64,000 nucleotides of DNA from Candidatus Sungiibacteriota bacterium. GTDB lineage: Bacteria; Patescibacteriota; Minisyncoccia; Sungbacterales; JACQCQ01. A program made the translations under genes and the position numbers. This document shows, one piece after another, positions 1 to 7,898 of the stretch (position 1 is the stretch's first letter; each line of letters opens with the position of its first letter). Below the pieces are notes generated by a model. The model was not told the origin of the DNA. It worked only from the letters and a program-made list of their open reading frames with translations, and did not search any database. Location: positions 12,750 to 76,749 of the forward strand of contig JACQCQ010000002.1 of assembly GCA_016201505.1 (NCBI GenBank), written 5' to 3'.

Positions 1-129
1 CAGGTGGCGTACTCCGGCATCAAGCGGATTTACTTCCGCGATGGCTACTCGCGCACCGATGGCCAAGAAGTCTTGAGAGCCAAAGGAGTTGCCATCATCC
101 GCGTAGATATAGAAAGACCCCGGCGCTGA
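1..129 (+). CDS. C-terminal fragment of a probable dCMP/cytidine deaminase-family protein (partial at window edge)
   Basis: Frame 1 reads QVAYSGIKRIYFRDGYSRTDGQEVLRAKGVAIIRVDIERPRR*, resembling the dCMP deaminase C-terminus (xxGIKRVxY...G..LL...GV); lies next to folA/thyA. Confidence 0.6.
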   Translation, partial: QVAYSGIKRIYFRDGYSRTDGQEVLRAKGVAIIRVDIERPRR

Positions 130-160
130 TCTCGGTTCATCCGAGTATCAGTGCCGGGGC
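117..160. terminator. GC-rich hairpin between convergent genes
   Basis: ccccggcgctgat-ctcgg-ttcat-ccgag-t-atcagtgccgggg followed by a T-rich tract. Confidence 0.6.
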
Positions 161-164
161 TGTT

Positions 165-1115
165 TTACTTTTTAGCGGGTTTTGGCCCCATGGGAAATCG
201 CACCCGCTCGTAGTCTTCCTTGGTGGTATCAGGGTCAGCCACGATGATGTGAAAGTGGAAGTGGCGGACGGAGGCGCCTGTCAGCGCCGTCTCACCTGAT
301 CGAGCGCCAGTTGAGTAGGCCTTGAGGCCATAGTGCTTCTTGGCCCACCGGAGCATCTCGAGACGCTCGCCAGTTTCTTCGTCTGTAAGCTCGTCTTCGA
401 ACTCGATGTGGCGGTTCGGGATGGCGAGCAGATGAAGGATTGTGAACTTGTACGGCCAGCGGTTGGTCCCCAACCGCCAGTGCTCGCTTTTCCAAACTGG
501 TTCCATCAACTCACCTTCTATCTGATGATCTGGGCAGAAGTTGCAGACGCCTCGATCGGTGAGCTTCTGCATGATGGCGCGCTGGTCGTCGTAGCGCGTG
601 TTTTCGAAGTTGTAGTTCGCGTTGACTCGCTCGTAGATCTCGAAGCGAGAGCGAATCTCGTTTTCCTCGCTGGCGGGGCAGCTTTCCATGTGAGTCGCTT
701 TCCACGCGGACTTATCCCAGTCGGAGAACTTCACATCGCCTTCGCAGTATGCCTCGACATGCGTGATGTAGAGCTTGTCGGCGCGGGGCAGCGCTTCTCG
801 ATATAACTCCGCGCCGCCGATGATGAAGACTTCATCATTGTTCTGGGTACGGGTGAGCGCCTCCTCGAGTGAGTGCGTTACTTCGCACTCGGAGGTGTAC
901 CCCTGATCACGAGTCACGACGATCGTGCGGCGACCTTCGAGCGGATGCCCGAGGCGCCTCAGGATCGATTCGTGAGTCTTACGACCGACGATGACAGTTT
1001 TTCCCATCGTCAACTGCCTGAAGCGTTTCAAGTCGGAGGAGAGCCTCCAGGGAAGCTCTCCATTTCGACCTATGACGCCGTTCTCGGCGACAGCCGCGAT
1101 GATTGAGATTTTCAT
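165..1115 (-). CDS. folA: Dihydrofolate reductase fused to a C-terminal HIT-like (histidine triad) domain
   Basis: N-terminal ~163 aa has DHFR motifs (IAAVAENGVIG..GELPW, GRKT, IGGAELY); C-terminal part has CNFC, NRWPY, HLLAIP.RH and HFHFHII. Confidence 0.88.
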   Translation of the reverse strand: MKISIIAAVAENGVIGRNGELPWRLSSDLKRFRQLTMGKTVIVGRKTHESILRRLGHPLEGRRTIVVTRDQGYTSECEVTHSLEEALTRTQNNDEVFIIGGAELYREALPRADKLYITHVEAYCEGDVKFSDWDKSAWKATHMESCPASEENEIRSRFEIYERVNANYNFENTRYDDQRAIMQKLTDRGVCNFCPDHQIEGELMEPVWKSEHWRLGTNRWPYKFTILHLLAIPNRHIEFEDELTDEETGERLEMLRWAKKHYGLKAYSTGARSGETALTGASVRHFHFHIIVADPDTTKEDYERVRFPMGPKPAKK

Positions 1116-2044
1116 ACTGGCGTCTTGATCCTCCTTCGTCCCAGTTGAGCATGGTAGTCCTCGACATGGAAGTGATGTGGCCGGAATGCGAAGAGATCCT
1201 TCACATCTGGATCGAGTGTCACGGTTGGGAGCCGCTGCGGCTCAGTCTCGAGCATGTCGCGGACGTCAGCCCGCTGATCGTTCGGCCCTCCAGCGTAGAT
1301 GTGGGTGTCCGAGGTCTGAAAAACGAGTTCAGTCGCGCGATAGCCGAAGACCTGCGCGAGCATCATAGTGAGAGCCGCGTACTGGATCAGGTTGAAGACA
1401 AGACCAACGGGTGCGTCGGCGCTTCGTTGCCAGTGTAGCAGTGAGAGCTCTCCGTCTTTGGCATCGACGAAGATGTGAACAAGTCCATGACATGGAACAA
1501 CAACGACCTTCTGCTCTTTCCCTTTGCCGCGGCCGATGTATTGCGGGATGAATGGAGTCACGATGTGCGTCCGCAGGTGTGGCAACTCCGCCATTTGCTC
1601 GAGCACGTGTTTCCACTGATCGAATGGCGCGCCGTACATAGTAGGGAACGCTCTCCATGCAGCCCCATACGAGCCAGGTCCGAGGTCACCCGTTTCGAGT
1701 CCGCGCTTCTTGCACTTTTCCTCTGTAACCCAAGGCGCCCACCAGCCACAGCCGAAATTTTTCATCTCGTCGAGGGTGCGCGCCCCATTGAGAAACGCAC
1801 AGAGTTCGGCGATAGCCATTTCGAATTGAGACTTGCCGATTTTTCCCGGGTCAAGAAGGTCCCGTTCCGTGATCACCGGGAATCCATTGGAGAAATCAAA
1901 GCGCATCTCATTGCCGATGATGCGCAGTGCTCCCTCTCCCATTTGGGTTTCGGTCACGAACTTGCCGGACTCGATGATCTTTTGAATCAGGTTTCGGTAC
2001 TGTCGATCGGGCTCGCGATCACCGTAGGACACGTATCTGACCAT
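1112..2044 (-). CDS. thyA: Thymidylate synthase (divergent ThyA)
   Basis: Motifs GDLGPGSYG, PCH (catalytic Cys), QRSAD.PVGLVFN, DTHIY; 4-nt overlap with folA. Confidence 0.93.
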   Translation of the reverse strand: MVRYVSYGDREPDRQYRNLIQKIIESGKFVTETQMGEGALRIIGNEMRFDFSNGFPVITERDLLDPGKIGKSQFEMAIAELCAFLNGARTLDEMKNFGCGWWAPWVTEEKCKKRGLETGDLGPGSYGAAWRAFPTMYGAPFDQWKHVLEQMAELPHLRTHIVTPFIPQYIGRGKGKEQKVVVVPCHGLVHIFVDAKDGELSLLHWQRSADAPVGLVFNLIQYAALTMMLAQVFGYRATELVFQTSDTHIYAGGPNDQRADVRDMLETEPQRLPTVTLDPDVKDLFAFRPHHFHVEDYHAQLGRRRIKTPV

Positions 2045-2186
2045 TCTGTTTTCCCCTTATTCTGTTGGTAGTGAACTAAAACTGTGGTGGCATCGTATCA
2101 ACCGTTGCAGGATGCGTCAATTCGTATATTTTTGCTACAATGCTTACATATTTATTGTATGGAATACGAACCGGTGATTGGGATTG

Positions 2187-2501
2187 TCCCGATTTGTCAA
2201 TTTTGAAATGCCTTACGTTTATATACTAATTTCTAAGAAAGACAGAAGATATTACGTTGGGTCTACAACTGACTTAGATCTAAGATTAAAAATGCATAAT
2301 TCTGGTACAGTGACCTCAACTCGATTTTATAGACCCTGGCAGCTTTTTTATTCTGAACAATTTGATACATTGGGCGAAGCAGTCAGTCGAGAAAGGAAAA
2401 TTAAATCTTGGAAAAAACGAACCGCCATTGAACGATTAGTAAATGGCATTTCAAAATTTGAAACAAATCGAGGATCCTCGACCGATTAAAATCGGTCGGG
2501 A
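2187..2501. mobile_element. Inverted-repeat-bounded GIY-YIG insertion element
   Basis: Ends TCCCGA...TCGGGA; 2187-2212 pairs with 2445-2474; terminal hairpin at 2475-2501; encloses the GIY-YIG ORF. Confidence 0.75.
2208..2489 (+). CDS. Small stand-alone GIY-YIG nuclease
   Basis: MPYVYIL...YYVGST..L..RL..HN.G...T...RPW.L.YSE......A..RE..IK.WK; AT-rich. Confidence 0.9.
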   Translation: MPYVYILISKKDRRYYVGSTTDLDLRLKMHNSGTVTSTRFYRPWQLFYSEQFDTLGEAVSRERKIKSWKKRTAIERLVNGISKFETNRGSSTD

Positions 2502-2516
2502 AAGTACACACCGAGT

Positions 2517-4025
2517 ATGGATTATGAAGCTGTTATAGGTATAGAGTGTCACGTCGAACTCAAAACGCGGACGAAGATGTTCTGCGACTCTTTAAATGAT
2601 CCCGATGAGAAGCATCCGAATGTGAACGTCTGTCCGATCTGCCTGGGGCATCCCGGCACATTGCCGACGATCAATAAAGCCGCGGTTGAGAAAGTTATTC
2701 TCGTTGGGCTCGCCCTGCATGCCGAAATTCCTGAATACTCGCAGTTTGATCGCAAAAATTATTTTTATCCTGATTTGCCGAAGGGCTATCAGATTTCCCA
2801 GTATGAGCATCCCTTGGTCAAAGGCGGCTATCTTGAATTTAAATCGGCTGACGGCGCGGTGCGGCACATTCGCATCACGCGGGTTCATTTGGAAGAAGAC
2901 ACCGGACGGCTGATGCACCAGGGTAGTCCCTCGACAAGCTCGGGACGACCAACTTCGTTGGTCGATTTCAACCGTGCCGGGATACCCCTGATGGAACTTG
3001 TCACCGAGCCGGATGTGAGAAGCGCGGAAGAAGCGCGCAGATTCGGCGAAGAGCTGCAGCTTATTATTCGGTACACGGGCGCTTCCGATGCGGATATGGA
3101 AAAGGGGCAGATGCGGGTTGAAGCCAACGTCTCGATCAGGCCCAAAGGCTCAAAGGAACTCGGCACTAAAGTCGAATTAAAAAATATCAATTCATTTCGC
3201 TTTGTCGAAAAGGCGGTGCTCTATGAGATCGCGCGTCAGACAAAACTTTTAGAAGAAGGCGGCAAGGTGATTCAGGAGACGCGCGGCTGGGATTCCGTGA
3301 GGGAAGTGACATTTTCACAGCGTATAAAAGAGGGCGCGACGGACTATCGCTACTTTCCCGAGCCCGATTTGCCGCCGCTTCTCGTTGATCAGAAGTGGCT
3401 CGCATCCATCCGTGCCAAATTAACTGAACTGCCCTGGCAGAAGCGGGTTCGGTTTGCCAGCGAATATGGACTGGATGATGCAACCAGCGAAGTTTTTATT
3501 CGCGAACCGAAATTAGCCGAGTTTTTTGAGGAGGTGGTTTCTGAACTAGAGGAATGGATCGCTTCGATGGGGGACAGAGTCATTAAATCAAAGGCCATAA
3601 AACTTGCCTCCAACTATATTACGAGCGACCTGCAGAAATTGCGGAACGAAACTGGCGCTCTCGTCGACGAGATGAACATTACCGCCGAGAATTTCGCGGA
3701 ACTCATGGCGCTGGTCTACGAAAATAAAATTTCATCGGCGGCGGCCAAACAAGTCTTGGGTGAAATGTTTAAAACCGGCGGCGACCCAGCGCAGATTATC
3801 GAGACCAAGAATTTAACTCAGGAAAGCGGCGAGTCGGCACTCCAGAATACAGTTCTCGAATTGATTGATGCGCATAAAGATATTGCCGAGCAAGTAAGAA
3901 GCGGCAAAAATCCGAACGCGATCCAGGCGCTGATTGGCGCCGGCATGAAAAAGACCCAAGGCAAAGCCAACCCGGCGGTGCTGCGGAGACTGTTTGAAGA
4001 GAATTTGAATTTGAAAAGAATTTGA
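2517..4025 (+). CDS. gatB: Asp-tRNA(Asn)/Glu-tRNA(Gln) amidotransferase subunit B
   Basis: IGIECHVEL, FDRKNYFYPDLPKGYQISQ, DFNRAGIPLMELVTEPD, DYRYFPEPDLPP. Confidence 0.98.
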   Translation: MDYEAVIGIECHVELKTRTKMFCDSLNDPDEKHPNVNVCPICLGHPGTLPTINKAAVEKVILVGLALHAEIPEYSQFDRKNYFYPDLPKGYQISQYEHPLVKGGYLEFKSADGAVRHIRITRVHLEEDTGRLMHQGSPSTSSGRPTSLVDFNRAGIPLMELVTEPDVRSAEEARRFGEELQLIIRYTGASDADMEKGQMRVEANVSIRPKGSKELGTKVELKNINSFRFVEKAVLYEIARQTKLLEEGGKVIQETRGWDSVREVTFSQRIKEGATDYRYFPEPDLPPLLVDQKWLASIRAKLTELPWQKRVRFASEYGLDDATSEVFIREPKLAEFFEEVVSELEEWIASMGDRVIKSKAIKLASNYITSDLQKLRNETGALVDEMNITAENFAELMALVYENKISSAAAKQVLGEMFKTGGDPAQIIETKNLTQESGESALQNTVLELIDAHKDIAEQVRSGKNPNAIQALIGAGMKKTQGKANPAVLRRLFEENLNLKRI

Positions 4026-4045
4026 AACAGAAGAAGGTTTGTCCG

Positions 4046-4087
4046 CATCTACTCTATCGTACGCTATAGCGTACGATAGAGTAGATG
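4046..4087. repeat. Perfect 42-bp palindrome with no spacer
   Basis: catctactctatcgtacgcta|tagcgtacgatagagtagatg. Confidence 0.95.
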
Positions 4088-4161
4088 GACGCACAGAGAA
4101 CGCCGGCGGAATGAGCGAAATGATTTAAAGAAAATTTGAAAAATGGTCAGAATTTTTTAAA

Positions 4162-4199
4162 GCGAATGTAATTTAGTGGCAGAATTCTTGCTTCCCAAG
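4162..4199 (+). pseudogene. 5' half of a disrupted tRNA-Gly(CCC)
   Basis: GCGAATGTAATTTAGTGGCAGAATTCTTGCTTCCCAAG parallels the intact tRNA through the anticodon loop. Confidence 0.75.
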
Positions 4200-4328
4200 C
4201 CCCGTACCGTAATCTAAAACGCGCTTTGCGCGAGAGTAGTATAGTGGCAGTACATTAGCTTCCCAAGCTAATAGCAGGGGTTCGATTCCCCTTTCTCGCA
4301 TTTAATTTTGTAGATTTTGGTCACGGGG
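4200..4328. mobile_element. IR-bounded insertion carrying an intact tRNA-Gly
   Basis: CCCCGTACC...GGTCACGGGG flanked by the direct repeat CAAG (4196-4199 and 4329-4332). Confidence 0.7.
4230..4300 (+). tRNA. tRNA-Gly(CCC)
   Basis: Full cloverleaf: acceptor GCGAGAG/TTCTCGC, anticodon arm TTAGC-TTCCCAA-GCTAA, T arm AGGGG-TTCGATT-CCCCT; no encoded CCA. Confidence 0.95.
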
Positions 4329-4413
4329 CAAGCCAGGAGCCTGGGTTCGATTCCCGCCTTCGCATTGGTGTGAGGGCAAGCCATAGGCGCGGTTTCGATT
4401 ACCGCTGGCCGCA
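4329..4413 (+). pseudogene. Two orphan tRNA-Gly 3' halves
   Basis: CAAGCCAGGAGCCTGGGTTCGATTCCCGCCTTCGCA (4329-4364) and CAAGCCATAGGCGCGGTTTCGATTACCGCTGGCCGCA (4377-4413); each has a T arm and an acceptor strand ending CGCA. Confidence 0.75.
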
Positions 4414-4465
4414 CTGTTGATAGTTATGTCGTTTTTAAAAGATCTTTTATTTATAATTAATATCA

Positions 4466-4888
4466 ATGCTCACTTCACTCGAACGAGAAGCGCGCAGAAA
4501 CGAGAATTACTTTGTTGACCTCTTGCGCGTGGGACTCGGGCTTACGTTTTTCTGGTTCGGCGGCTTAAAATTTTTAGGTTATAACCCCGTCTATCAAATT
4601 GTCCACGCAACCTATCCGCTGCTTGCCACCACGAACGGCAATCTCATTTTGGGGATGCTGGAAACCTTAATCGGCGTGGGGCTTCTGGCCAATGTCTATC
4701 GCGCGACAACGCACGTGGCGCTCGTGCTTCATTTATCGAGTACATTTCTAACATTTTTTATTGCCCCCTCGATTATGTTCTCGCCGCATTTTACGATTTT
4801 GACACTGGCCGGCGAATTTATTTTCAAGAATGTCATTCTGGTTACGGCCGGGCTCGTTGTCTTTGGCTATTACGAACGGAGGGATTAA
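4466..4888 (+). CDS. DoxX/YkgB-like (DUF417) membrane protein
   Basis: LRVGLGLTFFWFGGLKF...GEFIFKNV; multiple hydrophobic helices. Confidence 0.75.
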   Translation: MLTSLEREARRNENYFVDLLRVGLGLTFFWFGGLKFLGYNPVYQIVHATYPLLATTNGNLILGMLETLIGVGLLANVYRATTHVALVLHLSSTFLTFFIAPSIMFSPHFTILTLAGEFIFKNVILVTAGLVVFGYYERRD

Positions 4889-4905
4889 TTAAAACCTGAG
4901 GAATC

Positions 4906-4934
4906 AAACGCGCCCTTTACGAAGGGCGCGTTTT
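4906..4934. terminator. Intrinsic terminator
   Basis: aaacgcgccctt-tacg-aagggcgcgtttt. Confidence 0.75.
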
Positions 4935-4979
4935 CATATATTTCTGCCTTAGGTCTTCCCACACAAGAGGAGGCAAGAG

Positions 4980-6131
4980 ATGGTTTGGGTGACGATCCTC
5001 ATCGTGGTTTTCGCACTCTTCTCCACTGCATCTGCTGAGCCGCAAGAGGTTCACGCACTCTATCTTCCCGGCAAGTTCCTCTGTAGTCAGGTCGTCGTAG
5101 CGGACGTGAAGTCGCATGTCGAATCGGGCGCGGCTAATGCCGTGGTGATCGATCTCCGCGACAACGGAACTTTTTTCAACCACTGTATGAGTGAGGTTAC
5201 GGGGTGGTTGAAAGATCACAATGTCTATCTCATTGGACGCATCGTGGTCGGGCAGGACTCAATCATCGCTGATGCTCGCCGCGACATGGCGGTTCATGTA
5301 GCCGATCAACAGATCGCGCTCGAGAGAGTTTTGCAGAGTATCGATCGCATGGTTGAGCGAACACCCGAAGTAAAGAAGGCGGCTCTTCTTAAAACAAAGC
5401 TCGAAGCTCTTGACCGCTGGTACGGCGATGGCCGCAAAAAACCACTCTGGTTTTCCGGCGCGCTGGAACGGCATCGCTACTGGCTCGATCCCGCCTCACC
5501 GGATCTCGCGCGTCTTACCTCTGGAGTTGCCGAATGGGCTTCAACCCTCGGATTTGCCGAGATCAACTTGGACTACATTCGCTTCCCGACAGACGGGGAT
5601 ATGCAGAACATGCGCTATCCCTTCTGGAACGGTGAGCAGTCGAAGTACGAGGTGATAGGACGTTTCGCTTCTTCGGTTGTCGAAGACATCAAGCGGCGAG
5701 TTCCGGGGATGAAGGTCTCGGCTGATATCTTCGGGATCGTCTGCGTAAATGGAGCAGAGTCCTCAACAGGCCAGCGGGTGAAAGATTTTACGGTCTTTGA
5801 CTACCTTGCCTGCATGGGATATGCCTCGCACTTTCGTTGCGGCGACTTCGGGTTTTCCGATCCTAACCAGAAGCCCTATGAAGTGACGAAGACCGTTGCT
5901 TTGGGTCTTGCGCGGCATCTCGCCGGCGTGACAAAAAAGCCCTTTATACGTCCCTGGATCGAGGGTTTTACCATTCCCTCGATCTACCAATGCAGCACCT
6001 GGCGGCCGCCGAGTGCCAAGGAACGCTTCCGCCAGCAAATTCGGGCCCTCGCAGAGCACGGCATCAAAAGCTGGATGATCTGGAACACGGCGGATGAACC
6101 AAAGCCTCTCTATGAGAAGATATTTCGGTAG
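4980..6131 (+). CDS. Secreted putative glycoside hydrolase (DUF4015-like TIM barrel)
   Basis: Signal peptide; NAVVID, WLDP, GFAEINLDYIRFP.DG, SADIFG, RPWI. Confidence 0.75.
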   Translation: MVWVTILIVVFALFSTASAEPQEVHALYLPGKFLCSQVVVADVKSHVESGAANAVVIDLRDNGTFFNHCMSEVTGWLKDHNVYLIGRIVVGQDSIIADARRDMAVHVADQQIALERVLQSIDRMVERTPEVKKAALLKTKLEALDRWYGDGRKKPLWFSGALERHRYWLDPASPDLARLTSGVAEWASTLGFAEINLDYIRFPTDGDMQNMRYPFWNGEQSKYEVIGRFASSVVEDIKRRVPGMKVSADIFGIVCVNGAESSTGQRVKDFTVFDYLACMGYASHFRCGDFGFSDPNQKPYEVTKTVALGLARHLAGVTKKPFIRPWIEGFTIPSIYQCSTWRPPSAKERFRQQIRALAEHGIKSWMIWNTADEPKPLYEKIFR

Positions 6132-6140
6132 CTCCCGCAA

Positions 6141-6186
6141 GCCCATCCCGATTCCGCCATAGGCAAAATCGGGATGGGCTCTTTCT
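6141..6186. terminator. Hairpin terminator with TCCCGAT/ATCGGGA arms
   Basis: gcccatcccgatt...aatcgggatgggc followed by tctttc. Confidence 0.6.
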
Positions 6187-6222
6187 TATTTCTTCCCATT
6201 TTCTAGGCTATGATGGAAGCCG

Positions 6223-7473
6223 ATGCAGAAAAAGATTGCCATTTCGATTCTAATGCTCGCCGTTCTCTTCGGCGGCTATTTAATTTTTGAACTGGTCCGT
6301 CCGCCGGCAGAGCTGATTTTGCAGGGCGGGCCTAAAAAAAATCAAAATCAACCAAGCTCACAAAAAACTCTAAAGGAACGGATCCGGGACGCCGCCATGC
6401 GCTCGCAGAATGTGAAGGGCGTCTATGTGACAGCCGCGGTGGCGAACGATCAGGGCCGTCCGGCGACGAATCTGCGCAACTCAATTCTCGAAATTCTTAG
6501 CACGACAGAAATTAACGCCGTGGTGATTGACGTAAAAGAAACTCCCGGCGGTCAAATCACCGATCATTTAAAACCCTTTGTGGATGAATTAAAATCGCGC
6601 GGCGTCTGGACCATCGCGCGCATGGCGACGTTTCGCGATAATTCGCAAGTCACGGCGCATCCCGATTATTATGTAAAACGGCCTGATGGCGGCATCTGGC
6701 GCGACAATAAAGGCAACGCCTGGCTGGATCCGATGAGCGAAGGGACACGCGCCTACATGCTCTCATTCGCTAAAAATGTGGCCGACATCGGGTTTGATGA
6801 GATTCAATATGATTATGTTCGTTTTCCTTCTGATGGCGACACCCGAGACATCGTTTACCCCGCGTATCAGGCGAGTAGTATGCCGAAGTACCTGGCCATC
6901 AAAGATTATTTGTCTTTCATACATGACAATCTAAAAGCCTATAAACCTGAATTGATTCTCTCCGCTGATTTATTTGGCTATGTCGCCACCGAAACAGAAG
7001 ATCTAGGCATCGGCCAGCGGCTGATTGATGTGGCTTCGAATGTTGATTTTATTTCTTTGATGCTCTATCCCAGTCATTTTTATGCTGGCTTTGATGTTCC
7101 GGCTGATTCATTGAGAAATTTAGCTGCCGCCTCGTTGCCCTACCGGGGCGCCAGTACGACCTCGCTCGTTTCAGCCAATCCGTATGCCGTTGTCTATCAC
7201 TCATTGCTGGTGGCGCATGATGCCCTGCTCGGCCGCGTGCCGCATGGCACGACGACGCCGAACCCCGCTATTGTAAATGAAAATCCAGCCGTAAAATTCC
7301 GTCCCTGGCTGCAGGATTTTGATCTCGGCGTTGATACTTCAAGAGGGATTTATTATGATGCCAAAGCCGTGAGAGCCCAGATTGACGCCGCCGAGCATGC
7401 CGGCGCCTCCGGCTGGCTTTTGTGGAGCCCGACGAATACCTACACTGAAGCCGCGTTAAGGCCGAAGTCGTGA
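6223..7473 (+). CDS. Membrane-anchored putative glycoside hydrolase (DUF4015-like)
   Basis: N-terminal TM helix; VKGVY, NAVVIDVK, GFDEIQYDYVRFP, YPSH, RPWLQDF, WLLW. Confidence 0.82.
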   Translation: MQKKIAISILMLAVLFGGYLIFELVRPPAELILQGGPKKNQNQPSSQKTLKERIRDAAMRSQNVKGVYVTAAVANDQGRPATNLRNSILEILSTTEINAVVIDVKETPGGQITDHLKPFVDELKSRGVWTIARMATFRDNSQVTAHPDYYVKRPDGGIWRDNKGNAWLDPMSEGTRAYMLSFAKNVADIGFDEIQYDYVRFPSDGDTRDIVYPAYQASSMPKYLAIKDYLSFIHDNLKAYKPELILSADLFGYVATETEDLGIGQRLIDVASNVDFISLMLYPSHFYAGFDVPADSLRNLAAASLPYRGASTTSLVSANPYAVVYHSLLVAHDALLGRVPHGTTTPNPAIVNENPAVKFRPWLQDFDLGVDTSRGIYYDAKAVRAQIDAAEHAGASGWLLWSPTNTYTEAALRPKS

Positions 7474-7490
7474 TGGAGAGGAGATCATAA

Positions 7491-7898
7491 ATGGCCGACG
7501 CATGGAGCGAAGCGAAGGTAATGGCGACACGGTGTCAGGCGCTCCTCCTGCTCGCGCTGGATCCGCGTGAGCGGGGATGGCAGAAGGTCGGGAGCGACTT
7601 TCTGGTGCGGGTGATTGCAGGCCGTGGCGACATCTGGTTCCGGCACATCCCCGCTGATCGAGAGTCGAGGGCTCACTTCCTCGAGAATACCTTCTCCCAG
7701 CTCTGCCTCCTGCGTCATGAGGAGCACCAGGAAGTTCTCACCGCCGAGTCGGTAAGCGTATGGCGCTGCTATTATTGCCGGCCGCCGGTGATCACTGTTC
7801 TCAAAAAAGCAGGCGAGGGCGAGCGGCTTTTGGGCGAGACGGGTTTAAAAGAATTCGCTCGGGAGTGTGAGTCTCGGTTTGCTCCGGCAGGCCGCTAG
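7491..7898 (+). CDS. Hypothetical protein
   Basis: 135-aa GC-rich ORF with strong SD (GAGAGGAG) and a hairpin over its stop codon. Confidence 0.55.
   Translation: MADAWSEAKVMATRCQALLLLALDPRERGWQKVGSDFLVRVIAGRGDIWFRHIPADRESRAHFLENTFSQLCLLRHEEHQEVLTAESVSVWRCYYCRPPVITVLKKAGEGERLLGETGLKEFARECESRFAPAGR

Larger units (their letters stand above)
2159..2516 (+). pseudogene. Abandoned duplicate 5' end of gatB, split by an insertion
   Basis: 2159-2186 ATG GAA TAC GAA CCG GTG ATT GGG ATT G joined to 2502-2516 AA GTA CAC ACC GAG T reads MEYEPVIGIEVHTE, versus the live gatB start MDYEAVIGIECHVE. Confidence 0.85.

Noticed and set aside
2187-2501. Group I or II intron in gatB (and similarly in prfB)
   Set aside because: Almost all of the insert is ORF, leaving no room for a ribozyme core, and precise removal gives a frame that stops within a few codons.
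4095-4145. Possible duplicated gatB 3' end (TTA AAG AAA ATT TGA)
   Set aside because: The similarity is short and AT-rich and could be chance.
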